A DNA stretch of 64,000 bases from a virus (taxonomy: Duplodnaviria > Caudoviricetes). The first letter of the stretch is position 1. Every line of letters begins with the position of its first letter. A program made the translations under genes and the position numbers. Below are positions 42,189-53,202 of the stretch, in pieces. The stretch covers positions 30,122 to 94,121 of IMG/VR virus record IMGVR_UViG_3300021255_002723; one strand, written 5' to 3'. Under the pieces are notes generated by a model. The model searched no databases and had not been told where the DNA came from. It was given only the letters and a program-made list of their open reading frames with translations.

Positions 42189-43299
42189 TAAAACTGCATT
42201 TTACAGTCATTTACCAATCACTGCTAGTGATGAGATAGTAATGTTTGTGTGCGCTAATTCAATATCAAGCCACACTAGAAGGGATAGTACACCAATAAGT
42301 GTTGTTGGTACTGGTTTATCGCCAATAGCACCCCCATTTTTCGGAAGATACAACGATTACGGTTCAATCGAACTTGTAAAAGATGATGCGAACCATCAAC
42401 TGTTCAATGAGAAATTTGGTATGCATCTTGAAGAATTCTGCGATATTATGCATGACTTAAGCGGCATAACAATTGAAGACCTTATAAAGGGTATTGAAGA
42501 ATATCGTAAAGAGGAAAAGTATGTTAACAAATATCACCATGAAACGCTTGAGGACTTTGAAAAGCTTCTAGCCATCTATGAAAACGTTTTTGGTAAAAAA
42601 CCTGAGCTAAAGAAAATCGCAAGACGTGAAGGTCTTACAAAAGAAGCAGAAGAACAGATTGCTAAATTTGAACAAGAAATGTATGAGTATGACTTGAAAA
42701 AATACATGAATTCTTCTATCATGGTCACTATGGAACATAGGTCAGTCTATGACAAAATGGTTGAGCTTGGCAAAGAACACTATTTTGACCATTGGATTGG
42801 CATTGGCGATGAAAAGAAAGTAACACCAGAAGAAGCGTTTGACAACTCTGTTGAAGTGATTAAAAAACTAACAGAGTTGTCCGAAGAGTATAAAGGCTCT
42901 AATATATTTACGTTTGGCATCAATGGTATTAATATAACTAATTTGATTAAATCAAATATTTCATCAAATGAAGGTTTAGTAGAAGAGTTATTTGAAATAG
43001 CTTTAAACGTTGATAAGAATATGCGCAATTTCTTCGGTATCAAATCTTGTTTGCATGATACTGTATATGCCTCTTTTGAGGACTATGTTCTTTACAATAA
43101 CTTAAAAGGTGATTTGTCCAAATACAAAGAAATTGCTTGCGATTATGCTTATTTCTTGCAGTCGTTTCAGCATACATGCGCAACATTTGACGTTTCTCCA
43201 TATCATAGCCAAACTGTTGATTATGAAAGACTTATCCCAATATATGAGGAGTTTTTGAACACGTTGAAAAAACAGTATGGCAAGTATAATGAGGAATAA
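42175..43299 (+). CDS. Hypothetical phage protein
   Basis: MGCFN...G.YNDYGSIE ORF, 374 aa. Confidence 0.65.
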   Translation: MGCFNKTAFYSHLPITASDEIVMFVCANSISSHTRRDSTPISVVGTGLSPIAPPFFGRYNDYGSIELVKDDANHQLFNEKFGMHLEEFCDIMHDLSGITIEDLIKGIEEYRKEEKYVNKYHHETLEDFEKLLAIYENVFGKKPELKKIARREGLTKEAEEQIAKFEQEMYEYDLKKYMNSSIMVTMEHRSVYDKMVELGKEHYFDHWIGIGDEKKVTPEEAFDNSVEVIKKLTELSEEYKGSNIFTFGINGINITNLIKSNISSNEGLVEELFEIALNVDKNMRNFFGIKSCLHDTVYASFEDYVLYNNLKGDLSKYKEIACDYAYFLQSFQHTCATFDVSPYHSQTVDYERLIPIYEEFLNTLKKQYGKYNEE

Positions 43300-43384
43300 T
43301 GTATAAAAAGTGTTAAAACATTTTGGAATTAAAATTTATTTTTATATCTTTGCATAGAATTTAAAACATTAATCGTATAACAAA

Positions 43385-44290
43385 ATGAACAGACAAAAAT
43401 TACAGACATTAGCAAGCGAGTGGGTTCGCGTAGCTAAAAGTGACATTAGAGGCAAGGTCATGGATTTTATGCGTGAGGTAGATACCACTCCTCGTGAACT
43501 TGCTTATGTTCTAGCAATTTCTGACGAAGAGCTTGAGCAGATTTTGAGAGGTAACTGCGAGATTACTCTTACTACATTTGCAAAGTTGCTCATCGCAACT
43601 GGCAATGCTCTTGAGATTAAGCCAATCGAGGAAACACCTATTGGTGACTATGACAATATTCCTGATGAGCCAATCGAGCAGCCAAACGTATTCTCACGTC
43701 CGACCAACACACAGCAACCAACGCACGGACATTTTGCTCATCCGCAGCCAAACGTGTTTTCGCGTCCTAAAAGCACGCAGCAGCCAACACAAGACCATTT
43801 CAGCCGTCCGTTGCCACCTTTTGATAGGATGCCGCAGAATCCGCAGCAGCCTAATCTAGGACACTTTAAGCGTATGCCTTTCTTCCCACCGAACATTGAG
43901 GATATTCCAGAGGAAATCCGTGAAGAGATTAATGCTCGTGTACAGAGGGAACAGCAGCCTCGTGATGCACATGGACGTTTTGCACCTCGTGTGCCACACA
44001 CTGAACAGCCTAGAGAAGATGCTTCTCCTTTCGCACACATGAGCCGTGAGGAAAAGGTCAACATTATTAAGGAGCGTCTTTGGGATTCTGAAATTGACGT
44101 TGACAATGTATCTGATGAGCAGTTGGTTCGTTTTTTGAACGAAAAGGACAAGCGCATGAAAGAATACAAACGTATGCGCGACATAGAGAGCGACCCAAAG
44201 GTGAATGAGTTTAAGAACAAACTCAAGAACACCGTTAACACCAATCCCCATCTTCGTGAATGGGTGAAGAAATTCGTTGGAGAACTCTGA
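43385..44290 (+). CDS. XRE-like HTH protein with Pro/Gln-rich repeats
   Basis: ELAYVLAIS...QILRG...ITLTTFAKL; repeats of QPNVFSRP. Confidence 0.65.
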   Translation: MNRQKLQTLASEWVRVAKSDIRGKVMDFMREVDTTPRELAYVLAISDEELEQILRGNCEITLTTFAKLLIATGNALEIKPIEETPIGDYDNIPDEPIEQPNVFSRPTNTQQPTHGHFAHPQPNVFSRPKSTQQPTQDHFSRPLPPFDRMPQNPQQPNLGHFKRMPFFPPNIEDIPEEIREEINARVQREQQPRDAHGRFAPRVPHTEQPREDASPFAHMSREEKVNIIKERLWDSEIDVDNVSDEQLVRFLNEKDKRMKEYKRMRDIESDPKVNEFKNKLKNTVNTNPHLREWVKKFVGEL

Positions 44291-44380
44291 TTATCATATT
44301 TAGGGGGTGGGGATGAAAATTTCCTGCCTCTTTTTTTGTTTTTTTGACTTTTTTTTTATATATTTGCAAAAAAAATTAAA

Positions 44381-46168
44381 ATGGGCAAGAAAAAAAAGGA
44401 AGTTACTAAAATAGAATATGATTGGTCTCCATACCAAAAAGCGATTTTTGAATACATTGAAAAAGGAAAAGGACATCTTGTAGTTGAAGCTGCCGCTGGC
44501 AGTGGCAAGACTAGCACCCTTATCAAATGCTTGGATTTGATACCAAGCACCAAAAAAATCCTTCTGTCAGCTTTTAATCAAGACATTGTGAAAGAACTGA
44601 AAAAAAGGACTGTAGGGATGGAAAACGTAAACGTTAAAACGTTACATGGTTTAGGACTTACATTTTTAAAGAAAAACATACTAGACAAAGAACTTGTTCC
44701 GACTCAATTTAAATATGAGTCACACATCAAAAACCATATAAAAGAATACACATCCATCAACACATACACATTAAAGGGAAGAGACTATTTTAAGTTTTTT
44801 GACAACATCAAAAAATATGTTGACTTTGGTAGGTATTATCTATGTCAAACCGTAAAGGATTTGGATTTCATTGAAAATAGATATGGAATAGAGACTATTG
44901 CCGATGAGAAGGAAGTTGCGCTGCAAGTCATGGAATGGGGCAAGACTGCCCTAGACACGATAGACTACACGGATATGATATGGTTGCCTCATGTGCTGTT
45001 TTTAAAGCCTCTAGGACTGCTTTATGACTTTATAATGGTAGATGAATGCCAAGACATGAACAAAGCCGAGAGAGAGCTTATATTGAAGTGTTGCAAGATG
45101 GGCACAAGAATCATCAGTGTCGGTGATTCACAGCAGATGTTATACTCATTCGCTGGTGGAGACCCAAATTCGTTTAACGCCTTAAAGTCAATTCCAAACA
45201 CAGTGTGCCTACCACTTAGCATTTCATACAGATGCGCAAGAAAGATAGTTGAATACGCCAAGAGGATAGTTCCGTCAATAGAACCAAACAATGACGGTAG
45301 GGAAGGACGAATAATGTATAACGTTTCATTGGATGATATATGCGATGGTGATATGATTCTCTGTAGAAACAACGCCCCACTAGTACAAGTATATAACGGA
45401 TTCTTGAAACTAGGCAAGAAAGCGTTTATCAGAGGAAAGGATATAGGAAACAACTTGCAGAACCTTGTGAAAAGCACAAGACAAGAAAAGCTTAATGCAG
45501 ATTGTAAGGAAGATGGTGTGTTTGTAAGACTGTATGACGATTTGTTCGTCACTAGGAATAAACTTATAGACAGATACGGAATAGACGAAAAGACAGCAAT
45601 GAACTCGCCACAAATCCTAGTCAAATTGGATATGATTAAGGCGTTGGAAATACTGTCAGAAGGTCTAACAACATCGGAAGAAATAATTGAAAAGATAAAC
45701 GAAATATTCTCAGACAAGAAAAAGGAAGGTATAGCACTTTCAACAATACATAAGGCAAAAGGACTAGAGGCAGACAACGTATATATTGCTTGCAATTCTC
45801 TAATGCCTAGCAAATCGGCACAAAAGGATTGGGAAATAAGACAAGAATACAACCTTATGTATGTCGCATATACTAGGGCAAAAAATATATTGGGCTTCAT
45901 AGATGACAAGGAGTTTACAGACTTTGACTTTTCTAGCACCAATAACATGAAAATACTTAACAGAATAGAACTATTTGTCAATAAAGCACTTAATAAGTCA
46001 ACAAAGACAATTATAAACGAAAATACGGCTAGAGATATAATAGAGAACGCTAAAAAAATAGATGCTAATATTTATACAAGCGTCACAATTAATTCAAGCA
46101 ATTCTTTGAATAAAAGAAAAGTAAATTCTTTTGCAGATTTGCTTAAAAATAAAAAAACTAAAAAATAA
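44381..46168 (+). CDS. UvrD/Rep-like SF1 helicase
   Basis: AAAGSGKT, VDECQD, VGDSQQ, SYRC, TIHKAKGLE and YVAYTRA. Confidence 0.92.
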   Translation: MGKKKKEVTKIEYDWSPYQKAIFEYIEKGKGHLVVEAAAGSGKTSTLIKCLDLIPSTKKILLSAFNQDIVKELKKRTVGMENVNVKTLHGLGLTFLKKNILDKELVPTQFKYESHIKNHIKEYTSINTYTLKGRDYFKFFDNIKKYVDFGRYYLCQTVKDLDFIENRYGIETIADEKEVALQVMEWGKTALDTIDYTDMIWLPHVLFLKPLGLLYDFIMVDECQDMNKAERELILKCCKMGTRIISVGDSQQMLYSFAGGDPNSFNALKSIPNTVCLPLSISYRCARKIVEYAKRIVPSIEPNNDGREGRIMYNVSLDDICDGDMILCRNNAPLVQVYNGFLKLGKKAFIRGKDIGNNLQNLVKSTRQEKLNADCKEDGVFVRLYDDLFVTRNKLIDRYGIDEKTAMNSPQILVKLDMIKALEILSEGLTTSEEIIEKINEIFSDKKKEGIALSTIHKAKGLEADNVYIACNSLMPSKSAQKDWEIRQEYNLMYVAYTRAKNILGFIDDKEFTDFDFSSTNNMKILNRIELFVNKALNKSTKTIINENTARDIIENAKKIDANIYTSVTINSSNSLNKRKVNSFADLLKNKKTKK

Positions 46169-46173
46169 CAACT

Positions 46174-46473
46174 ATGAACACTAATAAGGTAAAGAAAGTA
46201 ATTAAATTGTCAGCTACCTGGTGCGCGCCTTGTAGAGTATATGCTCCAAAATTCCATAATGTATCAAAGTATGAGGAATATAAAGACTTGGAGTTTAAGG
46301 AGTACGATATAGAAGACGAAGAAGGTGAAAAGATAGCAATTCAGCACAATGTAAGAAGCGTGCCAACAACTCTATTGCTCGATGAAAACGATGAGGTAAT
46401 ATATAAGGTAATGGGAAATATCCCAGAACATGAGTTGGCGAAGATAATAAATGAAGCGTTAAAAGATAGATAA
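46174..46473 (+). CDS. Thioredoxin
   Basis: WCAPC and VRSVPT. Confidence 0.9.
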   Translation: MNTNKVKKVIKLSATWCAPCRVYAPKFHNVSKYEEYKDLEFKEYDIEDEEGEKIAIQHNVRSVPTTLLLDENDEVIYKVMGNIPEHELAKIINEALKDR

Positions 46474-46474
46474 T

Positions 46475-47338
46475 ATGATAATAGGCATTGCTGGAAGAAT
46501 GAAAAGTGGTAAGACAGAGCTAGCTAAAATATGCGAACAAAATGACTATCAAAAACTATATTTCGCTTTGCCATTGAAACAGCTTTGTGCAGATATTCTA
46601 GATATATCAATCGATGAACTTAATAGGGCAAAAAATGATAACACTCCTATTCAACTTACTATTATGGATGATGTTTGTACCATCCTATCTGAAGAAACTG
46701 ATATTCCAATAGAAACAACAAGAGAACTGTGTAATGGAAAATATATACACACAGTGAGGGATATGCTACAGTTTATTGGTACTGACTACATAAGACGTTA
46801 TAATACTGACTGGCACGTTAACAAGGTTAGACAGATGATAAATGAAGATGTTAACTATGTAATTGATGATGTCAGATTCCCAAACGAAAAACAAATGATA
46901 GAAAGTCTAGGAGGTGATGTTTGGTTTATTATCCGTCCAACATTGGATAACATTTCAAATCATGAATCAGAAACATCTATCACTTGGAACCAGTGTTGGA
47001 ATAGAATTATAATAAATGATTCAACATTGGCGAACCTACAATTCAAATGGGAAATATTCATGGATAACTATAAAAGGTCGTTGGAAACAAGAGAAAAAGA
47101 GTTTAATAGAATATTAGAGAATGGCTTGGACACAAACGAAATTTCACCGTTATCAATACTTGATGTGCTAATGCTGTCAAAAGCAATGTTTACATATACA
47201 CCAAAAGAGTTCTTCAAGGGAGATATTAAGAAAGCAACAATGAACGAGGATAAAACAGTATTTATCACTCACAATGACGATTCAATAGAGATTATTGAAA
47301 ATCCATTGAATATAGAAGATTTAAAATTATATTTGTAA
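46475..47338 (+). CDS. Deoxynucleoside monophosphate kinase
   Basis: GRMKSGKT, LQFIGTD, DDVRFPNE and HESE. Confidence 0.85.
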   Translation: MIIGIAGRMKSGKTELAKICEQNDYQKLYFALPLKQLCADILDISIDELNRAKNDNTPIQLTIMDDVCTILSEETDIPIETTRELCNGKYIHTVRDMLQFIGTDYIRRYNTDWHVNKVRQMINEDVNYVIDDVRFPNEKQMIESLGGDVWFIIRPTLDNISNHESETSITWNQCWNRIIINDSTLANLQFKWEIFMDNYKRSLETREKEFNRILENGLDTNEISPLSILDVLMLSKAMFTYTPKEFFKGDIKKATMNEDKTVFITHNDDSIEIIENPLNIEDLKLYL

Positions 47339-47339
47339 G

Positions 47340-47984
47340 ATGGCAAAAAAAGTAGATATTAAATATACAGATGGCTCTAATATTTTCTTTGTGAGTGATA
47401 CTCATTTTGGACATTCAAATATAATCCAATTCTGTGACCGTCCATTTGCAAGCGTAGAAGAAATGGACTACAATTTGATTAAAAATTGGAATGAGAAAGT
47501 ACCACCAGACGGATTGGTATTTCACCTAGGAGATTTCGGATGGGGAGGCTATCAAGAGTATAAGAAAATTAGAGACCAACTTAATGGAAAAATCATACTG
47601 ATTAAAGGGAATCATGATTGGCGTAACGGTTGTCAATCAGAGGCTCAATATAATGAATTGTTTGAGTTCACAACCCAGCAACTATTAATAGAAATTGAAG
47701 GTAGAAAAATCTACCTTAATCATGTACCTTTTCTTTGTTATGGTGGAACATACCGTGACCCCAAAGGTTTAGTATATCAACTTCATGGTCACGTACATCT
47801 TTCTAAAAACAACCCTAAAGGGGAAGATATTGGTAGGGTTTTGAAATATGAGTTCCCAACCCAATATGACGTGGGAGTTGATTTTAATGACTATGCCCCA
47901 ATATCTTGGTTAGATGTAAATTATAAAATACAAACCCAAATAAAAAAAGGCAAAAACATGGAAATATGGATGGGAAAGCGTTGA
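47340..47984 (+). CDS. Metallophosphoesterase
   Basis: SDTHFGH, LGD, GNHD and HGHVH. Confidence 0.9.
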   Translation: MAKKVDIKYTDGSNIFFVSDTHFGHSNIIQFCDRPFASVEEMDYNLIKNWNEKVPPDGLVFHLGDFGWGGYQEYKKIRDQLNGKIILIKGNHDWRNGCQSEAQYNELFEFTTQQLLIEIEGRKIYLNHVPFLCYGGTYRDPKGLVYQLHGHVHLSKNNPKGEDIGRVLKYEFPTQYDVGVDFNDYAPISWLDVNYKIQTQIKKGKNMEIWMGKR

Positions 47985-48064
47985 TAACAATAACTATACA
48001 CCAATATCATGGAAAGAAGTTGATGAAAAAATAGGAAAACAACTTTTAAAAAGCAAATTTAAAA

Positions 48065-48595
48065 ATGGCAAGAATTAATCATAATTATCTCACATACGAA
48101 ATAAATTATCATAAAATGATTGGGTATAAGGATTTGTATATGGAAGATGCTTATAAGCACTTTATACATTTTCTTAAGTATATCAAAGTATATGGTTCTT
48201 TCCGTCTGCAAATGATGAAACTGTTTGGTTCTTTTGCTCAACTATATAAAACATATTTTGAAAAAAGAATATTACACTACCAAGATTTTTGTGATTGCCA
48301 GTATAGAAATGGTGCACGCGCAGTTACTACACTATACCATTGGTATGGAGACCGTATACTACTGTTTCCATTCCTTTACGATTATGATGAAGATTATGAT
48401 GACGAACTAAGACGCGACTTAGACAGAAAAACAATAACCAATTGGTTAACAGTTAAAGACCTTTGGCTAGAATATTGCCACGAAAATAAACTATACAATT
48501 CAACAATTATATTAAGGAAAACAGACTATGAAGATACTTGTGATACCAGACGTACATGGCAGGAAGTTTTGGAAGAATGCGGTTTCATTGTATGA
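48065..48595 (+). CDS. Hypothetical protein
   Basis: 176-aa ORF within the operon. Confidence 0.55.
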   Translation: MARINHNYLTYEINYHKMIGYKDLYMEDAYKHFIHFLKYIKVYGSFRLQMMKLFGSFAQLYKTYFEKRILHYQDFCDCQYRNGARAVTTLYHWYGDRILLFPFLYDYDEDYDDELRRDLDRKTITNWLTVKDLWLEYCHENKLYNSTIILRKTDYEDTCDTRRTWQEVLEECGFIV

Positions 48596-49238
48596 AAACG
48601 ATTGCGATAAAATCATATTCCTAGGAGACTATCTAGACCCATACGAATGGGAAGGAATCACTAGGAAAGAAGCTATAAAAAACTTTGAGGAAATCATAGA
48701 ATATAAACGCAATAATAAAAATAAAGTAATATTGCTGTTGGGAAATCATGACATGTCCTATTGGTCAAAAGAATTCCACACACGCTCAAGATATGATTCA
48801 AGCAATGCATACCACATTTCAGATGACTTCAATAAAAATAGAAACCTATTCCAATTGGCATACGAAGAGAAAATTGGGGATAAAAACTTCCTATTCACTC
48901 ACGCTGGAGTGATGAACTCATGGGTTAAAAGAAATGAAAGGGTCATAGGAAAACCTACAGTAGAAAACCTAAACCATTTGCTACAGACTCCAGATGGAAT
49001 TAAAACATTAACAGATATATCAAGTTATAGAACTTGGTTTGGTGATGAAACTGGTAGCATCGTGTGGTCAGACATGAGGGAAAAACAAGACAATCCAAAA
49101 GATGCTGATGTAGAAGGATATGATTACCAAATATTCGGTCATACACAACAAGACGAAGACGCAGTAATTACAGATAAATGGGCTTGCCTAGATTGTAGAA
49201 AAGCATTCGTATTGAATGAAGATGGCGTACTTACATAA
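48528..49238 (+). CDS. Metallophosphoesterase (calcineurin-like)
   Basis: DVHG, GDYLD, GNHD, HAG and FGHT. Confidence 0.9.
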   Translation: MKILVIPDVHGRKFWKNAVSLYENDCDKIIFLGDYLDPYEWEGITRKEAIKNFEEIIEYKRNNKNKVILLLGNHDMSYWSKEFHTRSRYDSSNAYHISDDFNKNRNLFQLAYEEKIGDKNFLFTHAGVMNSWVKRNERVIGKPTVENLNHLLQTPDGIKTLTDISSYRTWFGDETGSIVWSDMREKQDNPKDADVEGYDYQIFGHTQQDEDAVITDKWACLDCRKAFVLNEDGVLT

Positions 49239-49293
49239 GTGACAGAATAATAAGAGTTGAGAAAAAATCTCAACTCTTTATTTTTTTTTTTAG

Positions 49294-50937
49294 TTATGCA
49301 CGATTTAAACTACCTTTTCTGTGCAATGGTCTTGTATTTGCTTGTCTAGAATATTTTTCAACATCTTGAGTGTCTTTCCATTGTTTATCTAAATCGTGTT
49401 TAAACCTTTCATTAGGCGTTTGCCTTGGAAATGCAACGTCCATATCCATCCTTTTTCTGATACTGTTAAAAGGTGAATTGTTTGTTCTTTCTCTATAATC
49501 AGCATCCAATCTATTCCTCATCTTCATGTCAGCACCATTTGAAACAGCATCAAAATAATCCCAAGATGCATTGTTATCATTTTTTATATTACCATTTCCA
49601 GCATGTCTAACTTGATTAGGCTCTAACCCATCAACAGTATAAGGGTCAACAGTTGACTGACCATATGTCCACATAGAATCTGGATTTTTTCTATACTGCG
49701 ATTCAAGTTCACCATCATCCATGTAATCACTCTCTTTTAAAGGCTTCCAACCCCTTTTTGCCATTTTAGCAAAGTTAGCTCTTTTCCTTGTTAGGGGATT
49801 CTTAGAATGTGTAAGCTCTTCAGTAGACTTACCAGTAGCTTTTTTAGTTGCTGTAAATTTTCCTTTGTTTTTTGGGTCAATATCAATTGACTCTTCAGCA
49901 ACTTTTTCTAGTTCTGGAATTCCTAGTCCTCTTCTTGCTTCAGCTCTTTCCTCTGGAGTTGCTTGCTTTTTATATCCATTTCTATGCCCATGAGTTGACC
50001 TTATAAATCCTTTAGTGTTGGCTTGTTTTTGGGTATACTCGTTAATTAAATTATTCACAGCCTCTTTAACCACTTGTTTAAGTTCTGTTTCAGATAACTT
50101 TATCTGTCTATTTTCATTAATTGACTCGTTTCTCATTTCTTTATCCTCTAGCTCATCATATAATTCCTTCCCAAGATTCGAAAACTTGATGTTAGCCTTA
50201 TACTTACCATCACCAACTTCAATGAAATCTATCATACCTTTATATGCCTTTCCATTGTCAGCATTAAGACTTACAATAATCATATCATCAACAGTATCCT
50301 TATACTCCAAAGAACCAACTTTCTCCAAGTTCCTCTTGAAAAACTTAAAAGCATCTTCCATACTGTCAAATGTCCTTGAATTAAACTGGCCATTCTTACC
50401 ACTAGAAATGGCATCCAAACGCTTCAATATACCACCATCAGAAGATGGCTTGGTGCCAGGAAATATTGTACGAATGTTCTCCTCCTTCCTATAACCCTCG
50501 TTAATCTTTGCCTTAATCCTTTCCTTAAGCTCTTCCTTCAAGGTGAAATTTACAAGATATAACTTTCGCTGCATTGTTCCAATGAATGTCTCACATTCAC
50601 TTTTAATGCCAACATACTTCTCACCCATGCCGTCAAGCTTCTTCAAGAAATCCTGACTTGCTGAAATCACGTCTTCAACAAATGACTTTAAAGATGTAAT
50701 TTTGTAACTCTTTGGCGTAAAACCGTTTAACTTAATTTTTCCACTGATGGATTGCTCAACCTCTGATACCAAATCTTCAAAATCAGAAATTTCACTTGCA
50801 ATGTCATCACATAACTCATGCTGGGACAGATTATCAGCACTCCAGTGCAAGTTCTTTATCCCAACCTTCCAAGCTTCACATTCCTCAATATAGTTAAGAA
50901 TATTCTTGTTCATATTATTTAATTTTTTAATGTTCAT
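49294..50937 (-). CDS. Ferritin/Dps-like N-terminal domain fused to further modules by LxE linkers
   Basis: KNLHW...QHELCD...E..Q; internal leader IKLSETELKQVVKEAVNNLINE; basic module KNKGKFT...KRANFA. Confidence 0.6.
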   Translation of the reverse strand: MNIKKLNNMNKNILNYIEECEAWKVGIKNLHWSADNLSQHELCDDIASEISDFEDLVSEVEQSISGKIKLNGFTPKSYKITSLKSFVEDVISASQDFLKKLDGMGEKYVGIKSECETFIGTMQRKLYLVNFTLKEELKERIKAKINEGYRKEENIRTIFPGTKPSSDGGILKRLDAISSGKNGQFNSRTFDSMEDAFKFFKRNLEKVGSLEYKDTVDDMIIVSLNADNGKAYKGMIDFIEVGDGKYKANIKFSNLGKELYDELEDKEMRNESINENRQIKLSETELKQVVKEAVNNLINEYTQKQANTKGFIRSTHGHRNGYKKQATPEERAEARRGLGIPELEKVAEESIDIDPKNKGKFTATKKATGKSTEELTHSKNPLTRKRANFAKMAKRGWKPLKESDYMDDGELESQYRKNPDSMWTYGQSTVDPYTVDGLEPNQVRHAGNGNIKNDNNASWDYFDAVSNGADMKMRNRLDADYRERTNNSPFNSIRKRMDMDVAFPRQTPNERFKHDLDKQWKDTQDVEKYSRQANTRPLHRKGSLNRA

Positions 50938-51343
50938 CTGTTATATCATCACCACCATCATCAACACTGTCATCCATGTCAACGACTTGGTTCTTTTTTC
51001 TTCTTTTCATTCTTCTTTCACTTCTCAAGTCCTCCAAATCTTCTTCTGCTTCAATCTGCAACTTCTCATTCTCAACCCAAGAACGAGTCTTCATCCTAGA
51101 GTCAACATAAGCCTTTGGAGCACCACTGCCAAGAATGTAAACACCACTAGCCATCAACAACATGGCCATGTCTCCCATATCAGTATCTACCTTGCCATCA
51201 TAGACAACATCAAACACCAACACAAAACACATTACCAAACCAACAATGACACCCATAAGGGCTGATACCAACAACGTTATGCTGTTGACACTCATTGACG
51301 ATTTATCATCAATTGAGGCTTTTATATTCCTAATCACTCCCAT
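50927..51343 (-). CDS. Two-TM membrane protein, holin-like
   Basis: Two hydrophobic helices and a charged tail; late motif upstream. Confidence 0.5.
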   Translation of the reverse strand: MGVIRNIKASIDDKSSMSVNSITLLVSALMGVIVGLVMCFVLVFDVVYDGKVDTDMGDMAMLLMASGVYILGSGAPKAYVDSRMKTRSWVENEKLQIEAEEDLEDLRSERRMKRRKKNQVVDMDDSVDDGGDDITDEH

Positions 51344-51399
51344 ATTACATAAATATTAAATAAAAAACAAAAATGCAGCCATTTCTAGCTGCATTTATT

Positions 51400-52653
51400 T
51401 TATTCTGTGGCGATTATACTTTCGTCATCAGATACCTTCTTAAGAAATGTTCTTTGGCCTGGAATTCCACGAACCTCAACATCGTTTGCTACCATTTCAC
51501 CATTAATTGCCTCTTCAATGGTTTCCCTTATTATTTGCCTGTAATCTTTCATTTTGTTTTCTGTTATGAGTCCGTTATCTTTAACATATTTGTAAACAAT
51601 CTTCGCATATTTTCTATTATTTATGCTCTTATTTACAGCAAATGAGCTGTTTTTAAAGTTCAATGACTTAACACCGTTGAAATTTAAATTAATGTTGTCA
51701 GCTTTACGGTCAACCGTCATTACTATTTTAAGATGAGAATTAGGCTCTGTCAATTCAGTGTGATTACATCCATTATACCTAACCATACTCCAAATTCTTT
51801 CATACATTGCATTTAGAGCCTTGTCGAACCAATTCAAATAATCTTCATCAGTCATTTTCTTAACATCCTCAGTGTCTTCGAAATCTGGATTTATAACAGT
51901 CTTTTCAATAAACTCCATCTGGTGCTCCCTAATTTGTTTGTCCTTTTCGTCAGAAGCAGTCCACCAACCCCTTGATGTCTGGTTCTTCAATCTCATGTCG
52001 TTTTCATCAAAACTCCTATACCAATCAACATAAGCACTCCAATCCCTATAACAGCTATAAGCGGTTATCTCTTGTATGTACTTCCTCATGCCTAATTTGT
52101 TCGTCTTAATTTTAAACCAAGGTTTTACTGCTGTCTTTCCAATTTTCCTTATATATCCAATAATAGCACCTTCACTGTTTTTTTTGTTAATCTTCTCTTG
52201 CTCCTTTTCAGACCACTGCATTTCACTTGACTGCCATTCAGCAACTTTAGTGTGAACTGTGAAACCTAAATTCATCGCATTAATCCTATTACACTCAGAT
52301 TGAAACCAACTGCCATGAGAATCATAACCCCTAACTGCCACATAAGTAAGACCACGATAAGTGTACCTCTTAGTGACATAATGTTGAGGATTAGTACAAT
52401 AATCCAATATATGTATCATTTCATGAACAAGAATACTCTCTTGGGCATTTTCTGGCATATCACGCTTATCAGTCATTTCTATAAGAACTGGAGTTACAGT
52501 GCCATTACGCCATGATATACTACCCCTAGCTCTACCCCAAGCCCTAGTAAGACGGTTATTTATGGCGAATCTTACCATAGGTAACTGGCCGCCAAATAAC
52601 GATTTATTGAACTTGTCATAATTGACACGCATCCATTCTGTAGTAACTATCAT
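51400..52653 (-). CDS. SprT-like zinc metalloprotease
   Basis: FN..LFGG.LP, LVHEMIH and SHGSWF. Confidence 0.8.
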   Translation of the reverse strand: MIVTTEWMRVNYDKFNKSLFGGQLPMVRFAINNRLTRAWGRARGSISWRNGTVTPVLIEMTDKRDMPENAQESILVHEMIHILDYCTNPQHYVTKRYTYRGLTYVAVRGYDSHGSWFQSECNRINAMNLGFTVHTKVAEWQSSEMQWSEKEQEKINKKNSEGAIIGYIRKIGKTAVKPWFKIKTNKLGMRKYIQEITAYSCYRDWSAYVDWYRSFDENDMRLKNQTSRGWWTASDEKDKQIREHQMEFIEKTVINPDFEDTEDVKKMTDEDYLNWFDKALNAMYERIWSMVRYNGCNHTELTEPNSHLKIVMTVDRKADNINLNFNGVKSLNFKNSSFAVNKSINNRKYAKIVYKYVKDNGLITENKMKDYRQIIRETIEEAINGEMVANDVEVRGIPGQRTFLKKVSDDESIIATE

Positions 52654-52736
52654 AATTGTTAAAAAACTTAATTAAATATAATTATATTTTGTTTTTATTT
52701 TGTATTTACAAAATTTATATATATCTTTGCCCTAAT

Positions 52737-53201
52737 ATGAAAGTAATTAGAACAAATCAACCGTATACAAGGAAATTGGTAACAGAAGATAAAACGTCAA
52801 TGTATATCTTCACAGACAATACAGATAGGGATAGTGGAAAGACACTCATCCCATCCGATTCATGGTATGTACGGAAATATGGGGAAGGTAAACACTACCC
52901 AACAATGACAACAGCACTCATCAGAGGACTAGATAATGCATACCCAATCACAACACAACGTTGGTATAATCAACAACATAAAGGAATAACTGGACGTTGG
53001 ACAGACAATGACCTAGAAGAGTTTAAAAAAGTCATAGATGACGATTTCCAAGAAATAATAAAAAATGCAGATAAATTCAAACAAATTGTATTCCCAATAG
53101 GAGGAATATTCAATTCAAAAATATCTGCAATTAATAAACAAAGAACACCAAAATTGTATGAATATCTTATGAATAAGTGTATGACATTACTTGATGTCTA
53201 A
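52737..53201 (+). CDS. Hypothetical phage protein
   Basis: YIFTDN...IRG..NA.PI.T ORF after promoter box at 52722. Confidence 0.6.
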   Translation: MKVIRTNQPYTRKLVTEDKTSMYIFTDNTDRDSGKTLIPSDSWYVRKYGEGKHYPTMTTALIRGLDNAYPITTQRWYNQQHKGITGRWTDNDLEEFKKVIDDDFQEIIKNADKFKQIVFPIGGIFNSKISAINKQRTPKLYEYLMNKCMTLLDV

Positions 53202-53202
53202 C

